NCBI GenBank assembly: GCA_045643945.1
Contig: JAZRGA010000066.1
Span: 677 to 64,676, forward strand
Source of the DNA: Eubacteriales bacterium
GTDB lineage: Bacteria; Bacillota; Clostridia; Oscillospirales; CAG-272
Direction: 5' to 3'
DNA: 64,000 nucleotides
A model generated the notes under the pieces. That model made no database searches, was not told where the DNA came from, and saw only the letters and a list, made by a program, of their open reading frames with translations. Below, one piece after another: positions 36,987 to 48,900 of this stretch (the first letter of the stretch is position 1; the number at the start of each line of letters is the position of its first letter). Both the position numbers and the translations under genes were made by a program.

Positions 36987-39900
36987 TCATTCGGCGATGT
37001 CTGTTGCCTTAGATTTTTTTCTTTTTCTTCTTATTAAAAGAACAGTAAGCGCGCCAATACCAAAAACAGATACAAACGCTACGGGAATTATCCACACAAG
37101 ATGGTCGAATTTCTCAATATCGTAAGCTTGAGTAATTATTCCCTCATAATTACCCTTTCCCTCAATTGTCAAAACGCCGTGTAAGCCGTCCTCGCTTATT
37201 TTATAGGAAACTGTATAATCCTTATCAGCGATAAGCGCTCTGCCGTTTTGAGTTAAGGTAAATTCAGGATTTTCATTGCCGTCGGCATTTAATTCAAAAT
37301 CCAATGCCGAAAGCTTGCATTTTTCAATTGTGAAATTAACGATGTTAGTACCTACGCACTTTCCGTTTTCGGTAGCAACAATAATAGCGCTTGCAGTACC
37401 CGCATCGACGTTATTAATATAGCTTACGGTATAATCCGTACCCTCGTTAACCGATATTTCTCCGTTAATTGCAATTTGAGGCTTCTTTTCATTACCGTCA
37501 TAAACAAGCTCGTCCTCTTTGGCGTTAATCGAAATATCTGCGCTTGAAAGATTAAGCGATATAAGATGAACGTATGCCGTCATATTATCCAAGGTGGCAA
37601 CTACAATTCCGTTAGCACCGCTATCTCCGCTAAGTGCGCCATCCTCGGTTATGCTTGCGCTTCTCGACACCGTATCAACCTTCCATTCAATACGCGAATA
37701 TGCGCTTGAATTTTTATTAAGGGTTACGTATTTATTACCCATCTTAAATGCAAAGGTAAGCTGCTTTGCATTAGAATCGGTATCTATTGCATCTATCTCC
37801 TTGCCTTGATAAAGTATTACCGCCTCAATGCCCTCCTTACCCAATATCTCATTGGTAAGAGTACAACCAAAGGGCATGCTTTCATTTCCTGCTCCGTCGG
37901 TAGCCTTTATTCTAAGATGCTGATACGCCAAGGACTCATCAACAGATACATTACCTAAGAAATTGCCCTCCTTATCGGCATATACAACGGTGCTAAGCCC
38001 GTCAAGTATGCTTATCTCAACCCTTGAATACGCCTCAGTGCTACCGCTTACGGTAATGCTGCTGCCGCTAAAGAGTCCGCCTCCCTGATGAGAGGTAATA
38101 AACAATCCGGGAGCGTTTGTATCTATCGAGAACTGATATACCGCGCTAAAGGAATCCATCGTTTCGTTAATTCCCTCAACTCTTAAGGTATATACTCCGT
38201 CCTCAAGTCCGTTAAAGCTAATATCCGAGCCGTTCCATTCCACCTTTTCTCCGTTACCGAGAATATAAGCGCCCGATACGATGCCTTCAGTGCCTTTTAT
38301 CTTTACGGTTACAGAATTTTTATTAACCGTATCGACCTTAATAGAGGACTCACCAACCTCAACGCTCACCGCTCCGTCAATAGAGAACTCTGGCTTTGTT
38401 TCGATAGGCATAACCATTGTAAGCTCGTTAGAGAGAATAACCTCGGACAAAAGCCTTGAGCCGTCCTCGCAAAGAACGTAGCTTTGAGCCGATATTACAT
38501 ATTTTTTGCCCGCCTCAAGTCCGTAATAGGTGGTAACTCCGTTATCATCTGTGCTTGAATATCTACCGCCAATAACTGCGATAAGGTTGCTTTCATTCTT
38601 AAAGGACTCTGCGCTAAGGTCGATATCCTTATACACGGTTGCAACGTAGCCGTCTGCCGTTTTCTCATATACTGTAACCATAAAGCCATCGTAAAGGTTA
38701 TCACAGTCAAAGCTTGCCGATACAGTGTAATTGCCGTTCAACTGAATTTGAGCGCCGCTTAATGCCTTTGGCTGGTTAGGGTTAACGTAGCTAAATTCGG
38801 ACTCGGTCATAGGACTTGCGATATCGTTGCCCGACGCATCCTTTACCTTGCCTATTGCCTTAAGGGTATATTCACCCGTAGGAAGATTTTCGGGGATTTT
38901 TACGTTTATATTAGAAACATCCTCGTCAAGAGTAGCGCCCTCAACGGTTGCAAGCATATAAAGCGCTCCGTTTTTATCCTCTGCGTATATACCAAGCTCG
39001 GAAAGAAGCTTAAGCCCCTTGCCCGATACGGTAGCTATGCTCAAATCGTTATTAAGCTCTACACCGCTAAACGACGTAGTTCTCGCAATACCCAAAACCG
39101 AAAGCTCCGACGAGGTAACCGTGCTTACCGTTATCTCACAATCAAAGCAGCTTGGGTCAACGAATGAGATAGCCACGGTTGCTCTTTTTGAATTTTCATC
39201 GTAAGTGAATATAGCGTTCGTGCCTATGTTTGCAACGTGGTCGGCTTCATAAGCGGGGTCGAACCATTCAAGCTTATAATCACTGCCCAACACCGAAACC
39301 GCTATATTGTTCTTATAGTCCTGAGCCATAAGCAAATTATCCGCATCATAGCCTATAACGAGCATTCCGTCCTCGTTAGGCTCGGAGCTAAGAACAAATC
39401 TATGCTCACGCCCGTCCTCGGTAGAGTTTATTATAGTATTTTCAAGTCCACCGTTTTCGGATACGTTAGTTATATCCATATAAAGGGTCTGTCCGCTTGC
39501 ATCACTGTAAAGCGGGATAGCCTTTAGCTGAGCAAAATTTCTCGGTGTGGGAACGTCGTAGGAATCTCCAATAGAAACGTCAACGCTTCCGCCCCAGTAA
39601 TACTTAACACCAAAGCCTATTCCTATAATTTCCGCAGAGCCCCATACCTTATCACTGTCAATTCCTATTCCGACAGAGCCTAATCTCAATCCTCCGATTA
39701 TCCAAATCTTATCGGGAATTTTAAGAGTAGCCCTTGCATATCCGCAGAAATAAATACCGCTCGACCTTTCTTCAACTATTACTCCGCCCTCGCCTATTAT
39801 CGCATCAAGGATATCAATTCTGATACCGAAGGAAAGGCTGAAATTGGGATACCAATATACGCTACCGCCAATATAATCGATAAGCGTTATTCCCGCAATT

Positions 39901-42900
39901 CCTACGTTTTGAAGCGCCGCCGAAATTCCCTGAGGAGAGAGTGCAACGTCCGCTCTTGCCGAGAGAACCGAGAATATAGCAAATTCTCCGCTTATCAAAA
40001 GCGTTATCGGGGGAATAGTTTGTCTGCCGAAAAACGTTTCATACATATTGGATATGCCCGCGCCTGCGCCGCGTACCCAAAATACACCAAACGGGTCTAC
40101 GGGAATACCGGGAGTTACTCCGCCAATGAAGAAATATATCTCATCGGGAACGGGTATTCCGTTGTAGGATTTAAGCTTTAAGGTCGCCTCCATTTCGAAA
40201 ACGAGCATATCTGCCTTACCCTCAACGCCAAACTCCCAATAATCGTTTATTATTTTCAAAGCGAGCGTGCCCTGTATGTAGGGTAATCCGTCGGCATACG
40301 AGGGAATTCCCACGCTTATCTCGGTATTAAATCCGATAAAGCCGCCTGCTCCGAAAAGAATATCGTCAATATACATATTAAGCGTTCCCGCCTGATTGTC
40401 ACGCCAGTTCATCTGGTCCTTACGGAACTTAAGGTCGGTTGCTCTAAGCTGTTGAGCGGTATAATTGCTTACGCCCATTTTCTGATGCGCCTTTTCAAGA
40501 TTTGAATAATGCGCTTGCGTGCCAACCGTACCGTTGGGAACGAGTATAGAGGGATCAAGGCTTGCGCCAAAGGCAACAACTCTTGCTAAACTGTCGCCCT
40601 GCTTCATAAGAGCAAATTCACCGTATCTAAAATTGAGAAGAAGTCCAACGAGAGTTTGCATGCCTCCTGCCGCACCGGGCCACAAAAGCGTGATTTTCTC
40701 TCCGTCCTCCTCGCCCTGCGCATAGGAGAGTATTCCCTGCTCAGAGTAGATAGGTAAAGTATAAAGCGTGCCCTCGGTAAATGAGGTTATCGCCAAAACT
40801 CCGTCCCAAACCTTAGTGTTTTCCTTGGTGGTATAAACCTTACCGTCTATATCCACGGTTATTTCGGTTTGATTTCCGTTTTCGTCGAAATTCTTAGTTA
40901 CGGTCACTCTGCCGTCCTTAACGTCAAGAGCCTCGTTAATATTAATGATATCGCCGTCCATAATCGTCAAGCCCTCTGCTTGATAATTACCCTTTCCCTC
41001 GGTCGAAAGCACGTTAAAATCTCCGCGAAGCACGAGCATAATATCATTTTGCTTTGTCTGTGTGTTTTTAAAGTCTTCCTCTGTGGGATAGTTCACTATA
41101 TCGTAGTGAGTTCCGTTTCTTTCAACAGTAACGATACCGTAGACACCCGAGCTAACGTATCCGGGGTCGCCCTTTGTGGGAACGTCGGTAACTATAAGCT
41201 TAAGAGCATCATTGTTAACGTCCTCAAGAGTCGTATCGTTCCAATCTATTATAACCTTGTAGGTAGTAGCGTCAAGCTCCATATCAAGAACAAGAGTTAT
41301 AGTGTTAAGCTCGGTGTTAACAACTACCTTGTCCTGATCAAGCACCACGTCCTCTCCGCCATTATTGGGGCGAAGAATAATGCGATACTGTGTTTTATCT
41401 CTTATAAGACCGAAATTAGTTCCGGTTATATAAGCAAATCTCTTTCCCTTTACAAAAACCTGCTCGGGAGTCATACCCGTAAAGCCCAAGCCCTCGCCTG
41501 ATGCTCCGGGACAAAGAATGAATATTTCATCCTCTAAAATCAAGTTATCGTCATTCAAGCCCTCGATTGACGATATATCGTGTATCGCAATTTTTATTCT
41601 GCGATATCCTGTAGAAATAGTAGGCTCTACCATAAAGTCAAAGCGAACGTCAAGCGACTCTCCCGACTTCATTTGCGTTACGGTTTTATAATACGGCTTT
41701 ACCGCTGAAATATCGGTAACGATGCTATCGCCATCATACGGAAGTATCTGCTCCTCGGGATAAACGGCAATAGCAAGCTTGCTTATTTCCTTATCGGTAG
41801 TATTTTGAACCTTCATAGTAGTCGAGAAGTTACCCGCAAGCTCTCCGTTTATATCCTTATACGCACTTTTATCATCGTTAAAGAACATAGTGCCCGTCGA
41901 TATAAGATTAAGAGCTATGTCGGCATTCTGCGCCTTTGCGTTTGAATAAACTCCGTAGTAAAGTCCGATATTACCGTTGCTTACCGACGAGGCGTCGCCA
42001 AACATATCATAGTAAAGCGCAACCGCACTGTCAGCGGTGAGATACTCTGCGCTGCCGTATGGGTCTGTAAAGTCAATCGGTGCATTAACGCTTGGAGTAT
42101 AATCGTAAACGCTTGAAGCAAGATTTGCCCAATGAGCAAACGTTACCTTAGTGGGCTTTATACTCTCGCCCGCAACGCTTGCGTTTAAGGTATAAGCGGT
42201 CACTGTGGGAGCGCCCTTATCGTCATATGCGAAGAAATAATTACTGTAATCGCTTCCCGAAACAGTTTTTTCCTTATCAATAGAAACGTAGCTTCCGTTG
42301 CTTTGAGCAAGCATATAATAAGCAAAATCCTTTGTGCCGAGTGCCGTATCCATCATTACTCTCGCCTCAACACTGTCAAGCGGATTATCTATCATATTCG
42401 CAACCGAATAAGAGATATAAGCCATACCGTGCTGATATGTGTCAGCTCCCATAAGCGCTATTATCTGCTTAAAGTAAAGACCGTCTACGCTCCACTCTGC
42501 GGTAATTGCATTATCTGCGGATTTATATACGTTCACATCCGAGGTCTGTACTCCTATATTAGAGTAATCTCTGCCGAATATATAATCCCTGCGCTCACCC
42601 TCTCTCGTTACTCTGAACGAGGTAAATGACGTATCGAAATGAGCGTCAGAATAAATAAGGTCCTTATCGTTATCGCTCTTGGAGAGTGTATCGCCCTCGA
42701 CGGTTTTTACCGAAAATCCGCCGTTTGAGGTCGACACTCTGACTCTTATATATCCGTCGTTTATTTCTATGTACTCATCGGCGGCGTAATAGTTATATTT
42801 TTCCGCTACCTCGCCGCCGTCCGTCTTAGGCTTAGGGTCTGTGCCGTCACTTGTCGCAGCGATAACTCCGAGAGGCAATGATGATACTATCATAGCAATT

Positions 42901-42941
42901 GCCAATAGAACGGTTATTATTTTTTTCATAAAGCTTTTCAT
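36987..42941 (-). CDS. Giant cell-surface protein, ~1984 aa, with a C-terminal TM anchor
   Basis: Signal peptide MKSFMKKIITVLLAIAMIVSSLPLGVIAA. Ig-like modules (LVYDGNEKKPQ...GTDYTVSYINNVDAGTA). TM helix VWIIPVAFVSVFGIGALTVLLI followed by RRKRKK. The ATG at 42941 is 8 nt after GGGAGG; the track start at 42947 is a GTG. Confidence 0.9.
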   Translation of the reverse strand: MKSFMKKIITVLLAIAMIVSSLPLGVIAATSDGTDPKPKTDGGEVAEKYNYYAADEYIEINDGYIRVRVSTSNGGFSVKTVEGDTLSKSDNDKDLIYSDAHFDTSFTSFRVTREGERRDYIFGRDYSNIGVQTSDVNVYKSADNAITAEWSVDGLYFKQIIALMGADTYQHGMAYISYSVANMIDNPLDSVEARVMMDTALGTKDFAYYMLAQSNGSYVSIDKEKTVSGSDYSNYFFAYDDKGAPTVTAYTLNASVAGESIKPTKVTFAHWANLASSVYDYTPSVNAPIDFTDPYGSAEYLTADSAVALYYDMFGDASSVSNGNIGLYYGVYSNAKAQNADIALNLISTGTMFFNDDKSAYKDINGELAGNFSTTMKVQNTTDKEISKLAIAVYPEEQILPYDGDSIVTDISAVKPYYKTVTQMKSGESLDVRFDFMVEPTISTGYRRIKIAIHDISSIEGLNDDNLILEDEIFILCPGASGEGLGFTGMTPEQVFVKGKRFAYITGTNFGLIRDKTQYRIILRPNNGGEDVVLDQDKVVVNTELNTITLVLDMELDATTYKVIIDWNDTTLEDVNNDALKLIVTDVPTKGDPGYVSSGVYGIVTVERNGTHYDIVNYPTEEDFKNTQTKQNDIMLVLRGDFNVLSTEGKGNYQAEGLTIMDGDIININEALDVKDGRVTVTKNFDENGNQTEITVDIDGKVYTTKENTKVWDGVLAITSFTEGTLYTLPIYSEQGILSYAQGEEDGEKITLLWPGAAGGMQTLVGLLLNFRYGEFALMKQGDSLARVVAFGASLDPSILVPNGTVGTQAHYSNLEKAHQKMGVSNYTAQQLRATDLKFRKDQMNWRDNQAGTLNMYIDDILFGAGGFIGFNTEISVGIPSYADGLPYIQGTLALKIINDYWEFGVEGKADMLVFEMEATLKLKSYNGIPVPDEIYFFIGGVTPGIPVDPFGVFWVRGAGAGISNMYETFFGRQTIPPITLLISGEFAIFSVLSARADVALSPQGISAALQNVGIAGITLIDYIGGSVYWYPNFSLSFGIRIDILDAIIGEGGVIVEERSSGIYFCGYARATLKIPDKIWIIGGLRLGSVGIGIDSDKVWGSAEIIGIGFGVKYYWGGSVDVSIGDSYDVPTPRNFAQLKAIPLYSDASGQTLYMDITNVSENGGLENTIINSTEDGREHRFVLSSEPNEDGMLVIGYDADNLLMAQDYKNNIAVSVLGSDYKLEWFDPAYEADHVANIGTNAIFTYDENSKRATVAISFVDPSCFDCEITVSTVTSSELSVLGIARTTSFSGVELNNDLSIATVSGKGLKLLSELGIYAEDKNGALYMLATVEGATLDEDVSNINVKIPENLPTGEYTLKAIGKVKDASGNDIASPMTESEFSYVNPNQPKALSGAQIQLNGNYTVSASFDCDNLYDGFMVTVYEKTADGYVATVYKDIDLSAESFKNESNLIAVIGGRYSSTDDNGVTTYYGLEAGKKYVISAQSYVLCEDGSRLLSEVILSNELTMVMPIETKPEFSIDGAVSVEVGESSIKVDTVNKNSVTVKIKGTEGIVSGAYILGNGEKVEWNGSDISFNGLEDGVYTLRVEGINETMDSFSAVYQFSIDTNAPGLFITSHQGGGLFSGSSITVSGSTEAYSRVEISILDGLSTVVYADKEGNFLGNVSVDESLAYQHLRIKATDGAGNESMPFGCTLTNEILGKEGIEAVILYQGKEIDAIDTDSNAKQLTFAFKMGNKYVTLNKNSSAYSRIEWKVDTVSRSASITEDGALSGDSGANGIVVATLDNMTAYVHLISLNLSSADISINAKEDELVYDGNEKKPQIAINGEISVNEGTDYTVSYINNVDAGTASAIIVATENGKCVGTNIVNFTIEKCKLSALDFELNADGNENPEFTLTQNGRALIADKDYTVSYKISEDGLHGVLTIEGKGNYEGIITQAYDIEKFDHLVWIIPVAFVSVFGIGALTVLLIRRKRKKSKATDIAE

Positions 42942-42977
42942 AATCACAACCTCCCGGGTTATCTGTGTTAATTTTAT

Positions 42978-45900
42978 TTACGCGGCAACAATAATAATTT
43001 TAAAGTAATCTCTGTTTTGGTTAACTACATAAAGCGTGTAAAGACCCGCTTCAAGCGCCCCAATACTCAACGACTTATCTAAGGTATAGTCACAAAGCGT
43101 CAAAGCGCCGTTTTTCATTTGGGCTACGGTGTTGTCACCGCTCTTTAATATTGCCTTATAATACAAGCCTTGGCAATCCACCGAAAGTAAAAGTTCCTTG
43201 CCTGCCGTAACCACTATACCCTCATCCCTCGAAAGCCTCTTATCACCGTATTCAACGAAAGGCTCGTAGAAGGAAACTATGCGAAGCTTACCCTCGACCA
43301 CCGTACTGTTTCCCGCCTCGTCTGTTGCCATATACTCGACGGTGCTAAGTCCGATTTCGTCTGTATTCTCGGTAAACCTTACCGAAAGCGTTAACTCTGT
43401 CGACTCTGCATCGAATGCGGCAAAGTTATTCATAAGCTCGTTTTCAATTGCTTCCCTATCGGTTTTCTCTCTTATCGATATGATTTTTTTATCTACGATA
43501 ATTTCAGGTCCTACCGTATCGGGAATATTTATTTTTGAAAATTGATGCGTTAATACGTTTCCGTATTCATCTGTCATCACGATATACGGCTGTATTCCTC
43601 CGTATATTTCGGGAACGGTAATCTCATTCCACTCATTTGCCGAAAGCTCAAGGCTTATTCCGCCCGATAGCTCTGCGCTCACACGTCTGTTAGGCTTAAC
43701 AAATATACTGTCGCCTATCCCGATTTGAAGCGATGCTACGTCGTCGATAAAATCAGTACCGTCAGGTGAAAGACTGTATTTTACCGAAAGCTCCTCGGTG
43801 ACTATTTCTGTAATTTCAAAGGTAATACCGCTTGAAAGTCCCGTCATATCAACAAATTCAAGTGAATACTCACGGTTTTCGGTATAGGTTGCGGTGTAGT
43901 AATATTTACCGTAACGCTCCTCGGTTGCATATCCGCCAACCTTGGTTATGACTCTTTCATTTGACTCCACCGTAATTTCAACGCTTCTGCCGTTCTTAGC
44001 AAGCCTGCGACTCACTATTTGAAGCTCGGGAGCATTCTTGTCTATAACGCTTACCGCTCCAAGCTTAACAGTAGCAGAGCTTCCGTTCTCGGCAACACCC
44101 TCAAGAATAATCTCGGAATGATTATCGGAATAAGTAACAGTTACGACGTTACCCGTAACAGCGAAGCTAACCGCCGTTTCATCGTATATGCTTTGAACGA
44201 AGATATTCTTAACGTCCTCGGTAAAGTATATTACCGCCGTTACGTCCTTGTTGGTAGCCTCAAAGGCGTTATTAGCCGACCACTCGACTCCGTCACCCTT
44301 AAGCGCCATTTCCTTAATAAATATCTCGCTTACCGAAATATCAACGCTTGATATTATCTCCTCACCGTTATAAATAAGCTTATACATTACCGAGTATTCA
44401 TCGTTGCTTGAATATTCAACGTAAGGCTTACCGTAGTATGCACTGCCTATATCCGACTCTATCTTAACAATCTCTGTGCCCAAGAACTCATAATGCTCTG
44501 CCACCTCGGGCATCAATATATATGCTTTAACAGAATCGTTTCCGATAGGAACCTTTACAACCCTCGGCGAGGGAGCTGCTCCTACGTTATCGACCTTAAA
44601 GGCTATCGACGTTGAATTATTGCTTGCATCTACAACGAAAAGCGAAAATTCAGCCTTTTCACTTACAGTAAGCAATCGGGAATTAACCGTTACACCGTCT
44701 ATTACGTCGCTTACTCCCGTTTCGTAATCGGGTGCTTCGGCGTAAAGTCCTCTCTTAATAAAGATACGCACTCTGCTCATATCCACCGTTTCGATAATAA
44801 AGCGGTAAGATGTGCTCCATCCGAGAGAGTCAAGCGCCTTAGTCATATCCGCTCGATTTCCGAGATATTCAAAGACTCTATATCCCGAATAATTGTTAAG
44901 CGCATTAGAGTTTCTTGCGTTCTCTACCCTTACAGAAAGCTTTTCATCGGAATAAACACCGTTCAGGTTGGAAAATGCCAATATTTGAACGTTTGGCGTT
45001 TCAAGGTCCTCGCCCTTTTCTTCGAACAAGGTAGGCGGCTCGTAAAGCTTAATATCAAGGCTTACGGCTATATCGCTATCAAGTCCTATCGATTCGTTTC
45101 CGAGTAATGCCGCTATATCCTCCTTTTTGAAGATATAAGTGCTATCGCCTCCGGGAACAAAGGTAAAGCTTGGCATTTTGCCTGTGTATTTATCCGTAAG
45201 AGCAAAATTGTTATCGGTCAGATAAACTGTTACACTTCCGTATCTGTATTTTTCACCGTTCTCGTCTACGTTGTATTCCTCGGTATCATAGCTCCAAGCA
45301 AGATACGGCGCAGGCTCAAGAATATTATCGACAGTGATATAATGCATCACTTCATATCCCTCGGAGTCGATATATCTGTAAGAAAATCTTGTGTTTTTAT
45401 TAACCGTTACAGATACACTCGAGGTATTGTTTGACTCAACGCTCATTATTGCGTAATCGTTAATATCGACGAATATCGGTCGTCCGTCGCTTCGGCTGAG
45501 TAAAACGGTTACGGGCATTGAGGTATCCTTTACCGTCGAAAGGCTTATCCGAGTTGTAGGGTCTTTCGACTCTGTAATCGAATAATCAAGCCTTATATTC
45601 TTACCGTAGGCATCACGGACCAATATCCGGTAATTACCGTTTTCAAAAATTCCCATTTCAATAGTTGACGTGTAATCAAAATTTCTGAATGAAAGCGAAA
45701 GCACCGCTCCGTTTTCCGTCATATTAACCGATTTCACAATATAATCGGTATAATAAAGCTCAACCGTACCCGTACTTGAATATTTATCACCGAATATATT
45801 ATAGCATTCAATGGTAAAGGAACGAACAGCTCTTGTTCCTGCGGGATTTTCTGCCGTTGCTCTCGGATTTGCCACGCTAAAGCTAAAGCCACGCTCACCT

Positions 45901-48900
45901 ATATATGCTCCGCAATATCCTATACTGTTTTCCTCACCTTGAAGCTTAACCGTGTAGGCGTTGTTTCCGAGGTCGCCTCCGCTAAAGGTTATCGTTGCGT
46001 CCTCCCAACGGATAAGCTCGAAATTATTTCCGTCCTCATAGTCAACCGTTGCCGAGGTCGAATACTGTGAATAGTTTTGCGACGTACCTCCCCAATATAT
46101 ATCATTAGTAACTATATTGAAAAGATTGTACTTAAGCTCGGTATTAGAAATCATCAAGGTTTCGGAAAGCGAATCTCCGTCCTCGGTGTTTTCGTATAAA
46201 TAATTTTCAAAGGACAAAAGATTTTTACCGAAATACTTTGGTTGATTGTAAGCAATTCTCCAAGATAGGAAGGAATCACCGACTACATACGGATCGTCGA
46301 AATAATTTCCGTAATAATCGATATTATATACATACTCGTACGCTTCTCCGCCCCAAACCTCATATCTTTTATGATCGCCTATCTGCGGAGCAACTATTGT
46401 AACTCCTCCGTACTCGTCGGTTGCAACGAATACCGCAGTGCAAAGCTCGTGATATTTCGGGAAGTCCGAGGTATAGCTGTTTTGCGTAAGGTCTGCAAAA
46501 TCCTCGACACGCAAGCCCGATTTTATAACCTCAAGTCGGTCCGCATTAGGATAATACATTCTCTCGGTAAGCGTATTGCCGTCATACTGTCCTACGTTAA
46601 TTCCGTAATTTGACCAGATGTCGACCCTCACGTTTCCGCTACCGTTCATCGAGTATGCGCTTTCGACGAAAAATCTTATACTGTGAGCATTTATCATTCC
46701 GTCCTGCTGCGAAACCTTATGCGACGGACGGTAATCGTCTATCGCAATATTAAGCTCGGGAGAATAATCGGTTACTATTATAGTAAACTGTCTAATCGGA
46801 GAAACGTATCCGTTTGAAAGCTTTACCTGATAGCATATCGTATTTACGCCCTTGACAAGGTAAAGGTCCTTAAAGCCGTCAATTCCCTTTGGAATATTTT
46901 GCGCATCATAAATATCGTCAGTACCCGTAAGGTAAATCAAGCAATCTTCATAATTTTTTATAAAGCCTTGATCGTTTATTTCCTTTGCGGTAGGCTCGCT
47001 AAGCATATTCCAGAACTTAAAGCCCTCAAGCGTGCCAACCTTTATTCCCTCGTAGACCTTTTCGCTATCGGGAAGCCTAAGACTCATACTAAATCCGCTT
47101 ACACCGTAGGAATAGAGTGCAAATACGTTGCTTCGCATTTTCTCTCCGCCAACGGTAACCGAAATTCCTACGCTTGAGTATGGCTTATCCTCTGCCTCAT
47201 GCTTTACCCAAGAATAACCCTTTTCCTCATCTACCGCAGTTATATCCGCCTTGGTTTGATAAGAATAAGACCAAAGACCTGCATTATCGGCTACCGTTGC
47301 ATCAAGCACAAGCCTTGAGGATTCATAAACGTCAATAGCTCCGCTATTGCTTATAACAGTAACCTTAAGGTAATAAGCGCCCGTTTTATAGTATTCGCCC
47401 GAATCTGTAAGATTTCCTACCGTAAAGAACTGTGAATTGCTTGCAAACAGTCCGCTTTGTCTTGCGACGGTTATCTGCTCGTTTCCGCTCTCTCCCGTCC
47501 ATATAAGCTCGGCATAGGAGCTTGCAAAATCAAAATCGAGCAAACCGAAATCGGCTCTGCGCATATTTGTAATCGAATAATGTATCTGCGTCTTACGCAT
47601 AGGGCTTACACCCTTGCTCGTCGCATTAAATTTATACGGGGCGCTACCCTTATCGGCATTTGCTACAACCACCGCGCCGTCCTTATCAACTATCTCACCA
47701 AAATCAACACTGTAAACGGTTTTCTCGGTATCATAAGGAGAAGCGTATCTGACAACGTAGTATGTAGAATCCTTAGAATAGCTGCCTATATCTGCCGCCT
47801 CATAAAAATACTGCGACGCTCTCGGAGTCATATCTCTGTATCCGTTTTCAAAGGATACACGAAGCTCTCCGTAATATTTAAATAGCTCGTAAAGAACGCT
47901 TTCGGAATTAAGCGTATATCCCTCGTTCACAAGCTCGGGAGCGGACACCTCGATATACTTGTCTACTCCAAGCCTTACACGGTACCAGCTTAATCCCTCA
48001 AAGCCAAGCACGTTAAAGGCTTCACCGCTTTTCACCACGGTAACGTAGGAATAATCCGAGCCGTCGGGAGTAAGAGTTACTCGGGTATAGCCGTCAACCC
48101 CTGCATGCGACACCCTTGGACCTGTAACGGTAATTTTATGATTTGTGCTTACCTTATTTAAATCGCCCTCATATTTAACTTCCGTCATAGGCTTCTCAAG
48201 GCTTACGCTAATACTCTTTGATATAGGCTCACTTTCGTTTCCGTATTCGTCGAACGCCTTTACCCAAACGGTATCGTTATAAACCTTGTCAAATTCCTCT
48301 CCGTTACCGCCGTAATGAAGACTTATCTTCTCGGTTATATCCTCGCCCGACGTAAATTCAAGCACCTGCCACTCAGCATTCTCAACGCTTGCGCCCACAC
48401 AATAAAGAATTCTCGTTATCTTACTGTCATCAAGCGCATTTATCGACAAATCAACGTCGATTTTCGTGTTATTATCAACGGCTTTCATTTCCTGAGATAT
48501 AAATTTAACCGTTGGAGCAGCTCCGTCGATAAAATAATCTATCACTCTCGGCGCTTCTGTATCGGTACTGTTTCCTACCGTATCACAAGCATTAACGCTT
48601 AGATAAAGGTCGTCGATATAAATATTTTCTCCGTTTATATACAGATGCAAATATTTATCTGTAGCCTTGTTGGCAATAGAATACACGCCAACAGGCACAG
48701 ACTGATTTTCGCAAAGCTCGAATGCTCCCGTATATCCGCTCTTAGACTCGGGAGGCGTTGCAGAATCGGAAAGCAGATATTTAACGCTTGCCTTTCCTAC
48801 TATTCCACCGCCTAAGCTTAGAGCCACCTTAGTTCCGAGCATTCCCGCAACCGTCTTATAATTTTCTACGTCGCAGGCCGAAACCAAAAGGCTTATATAA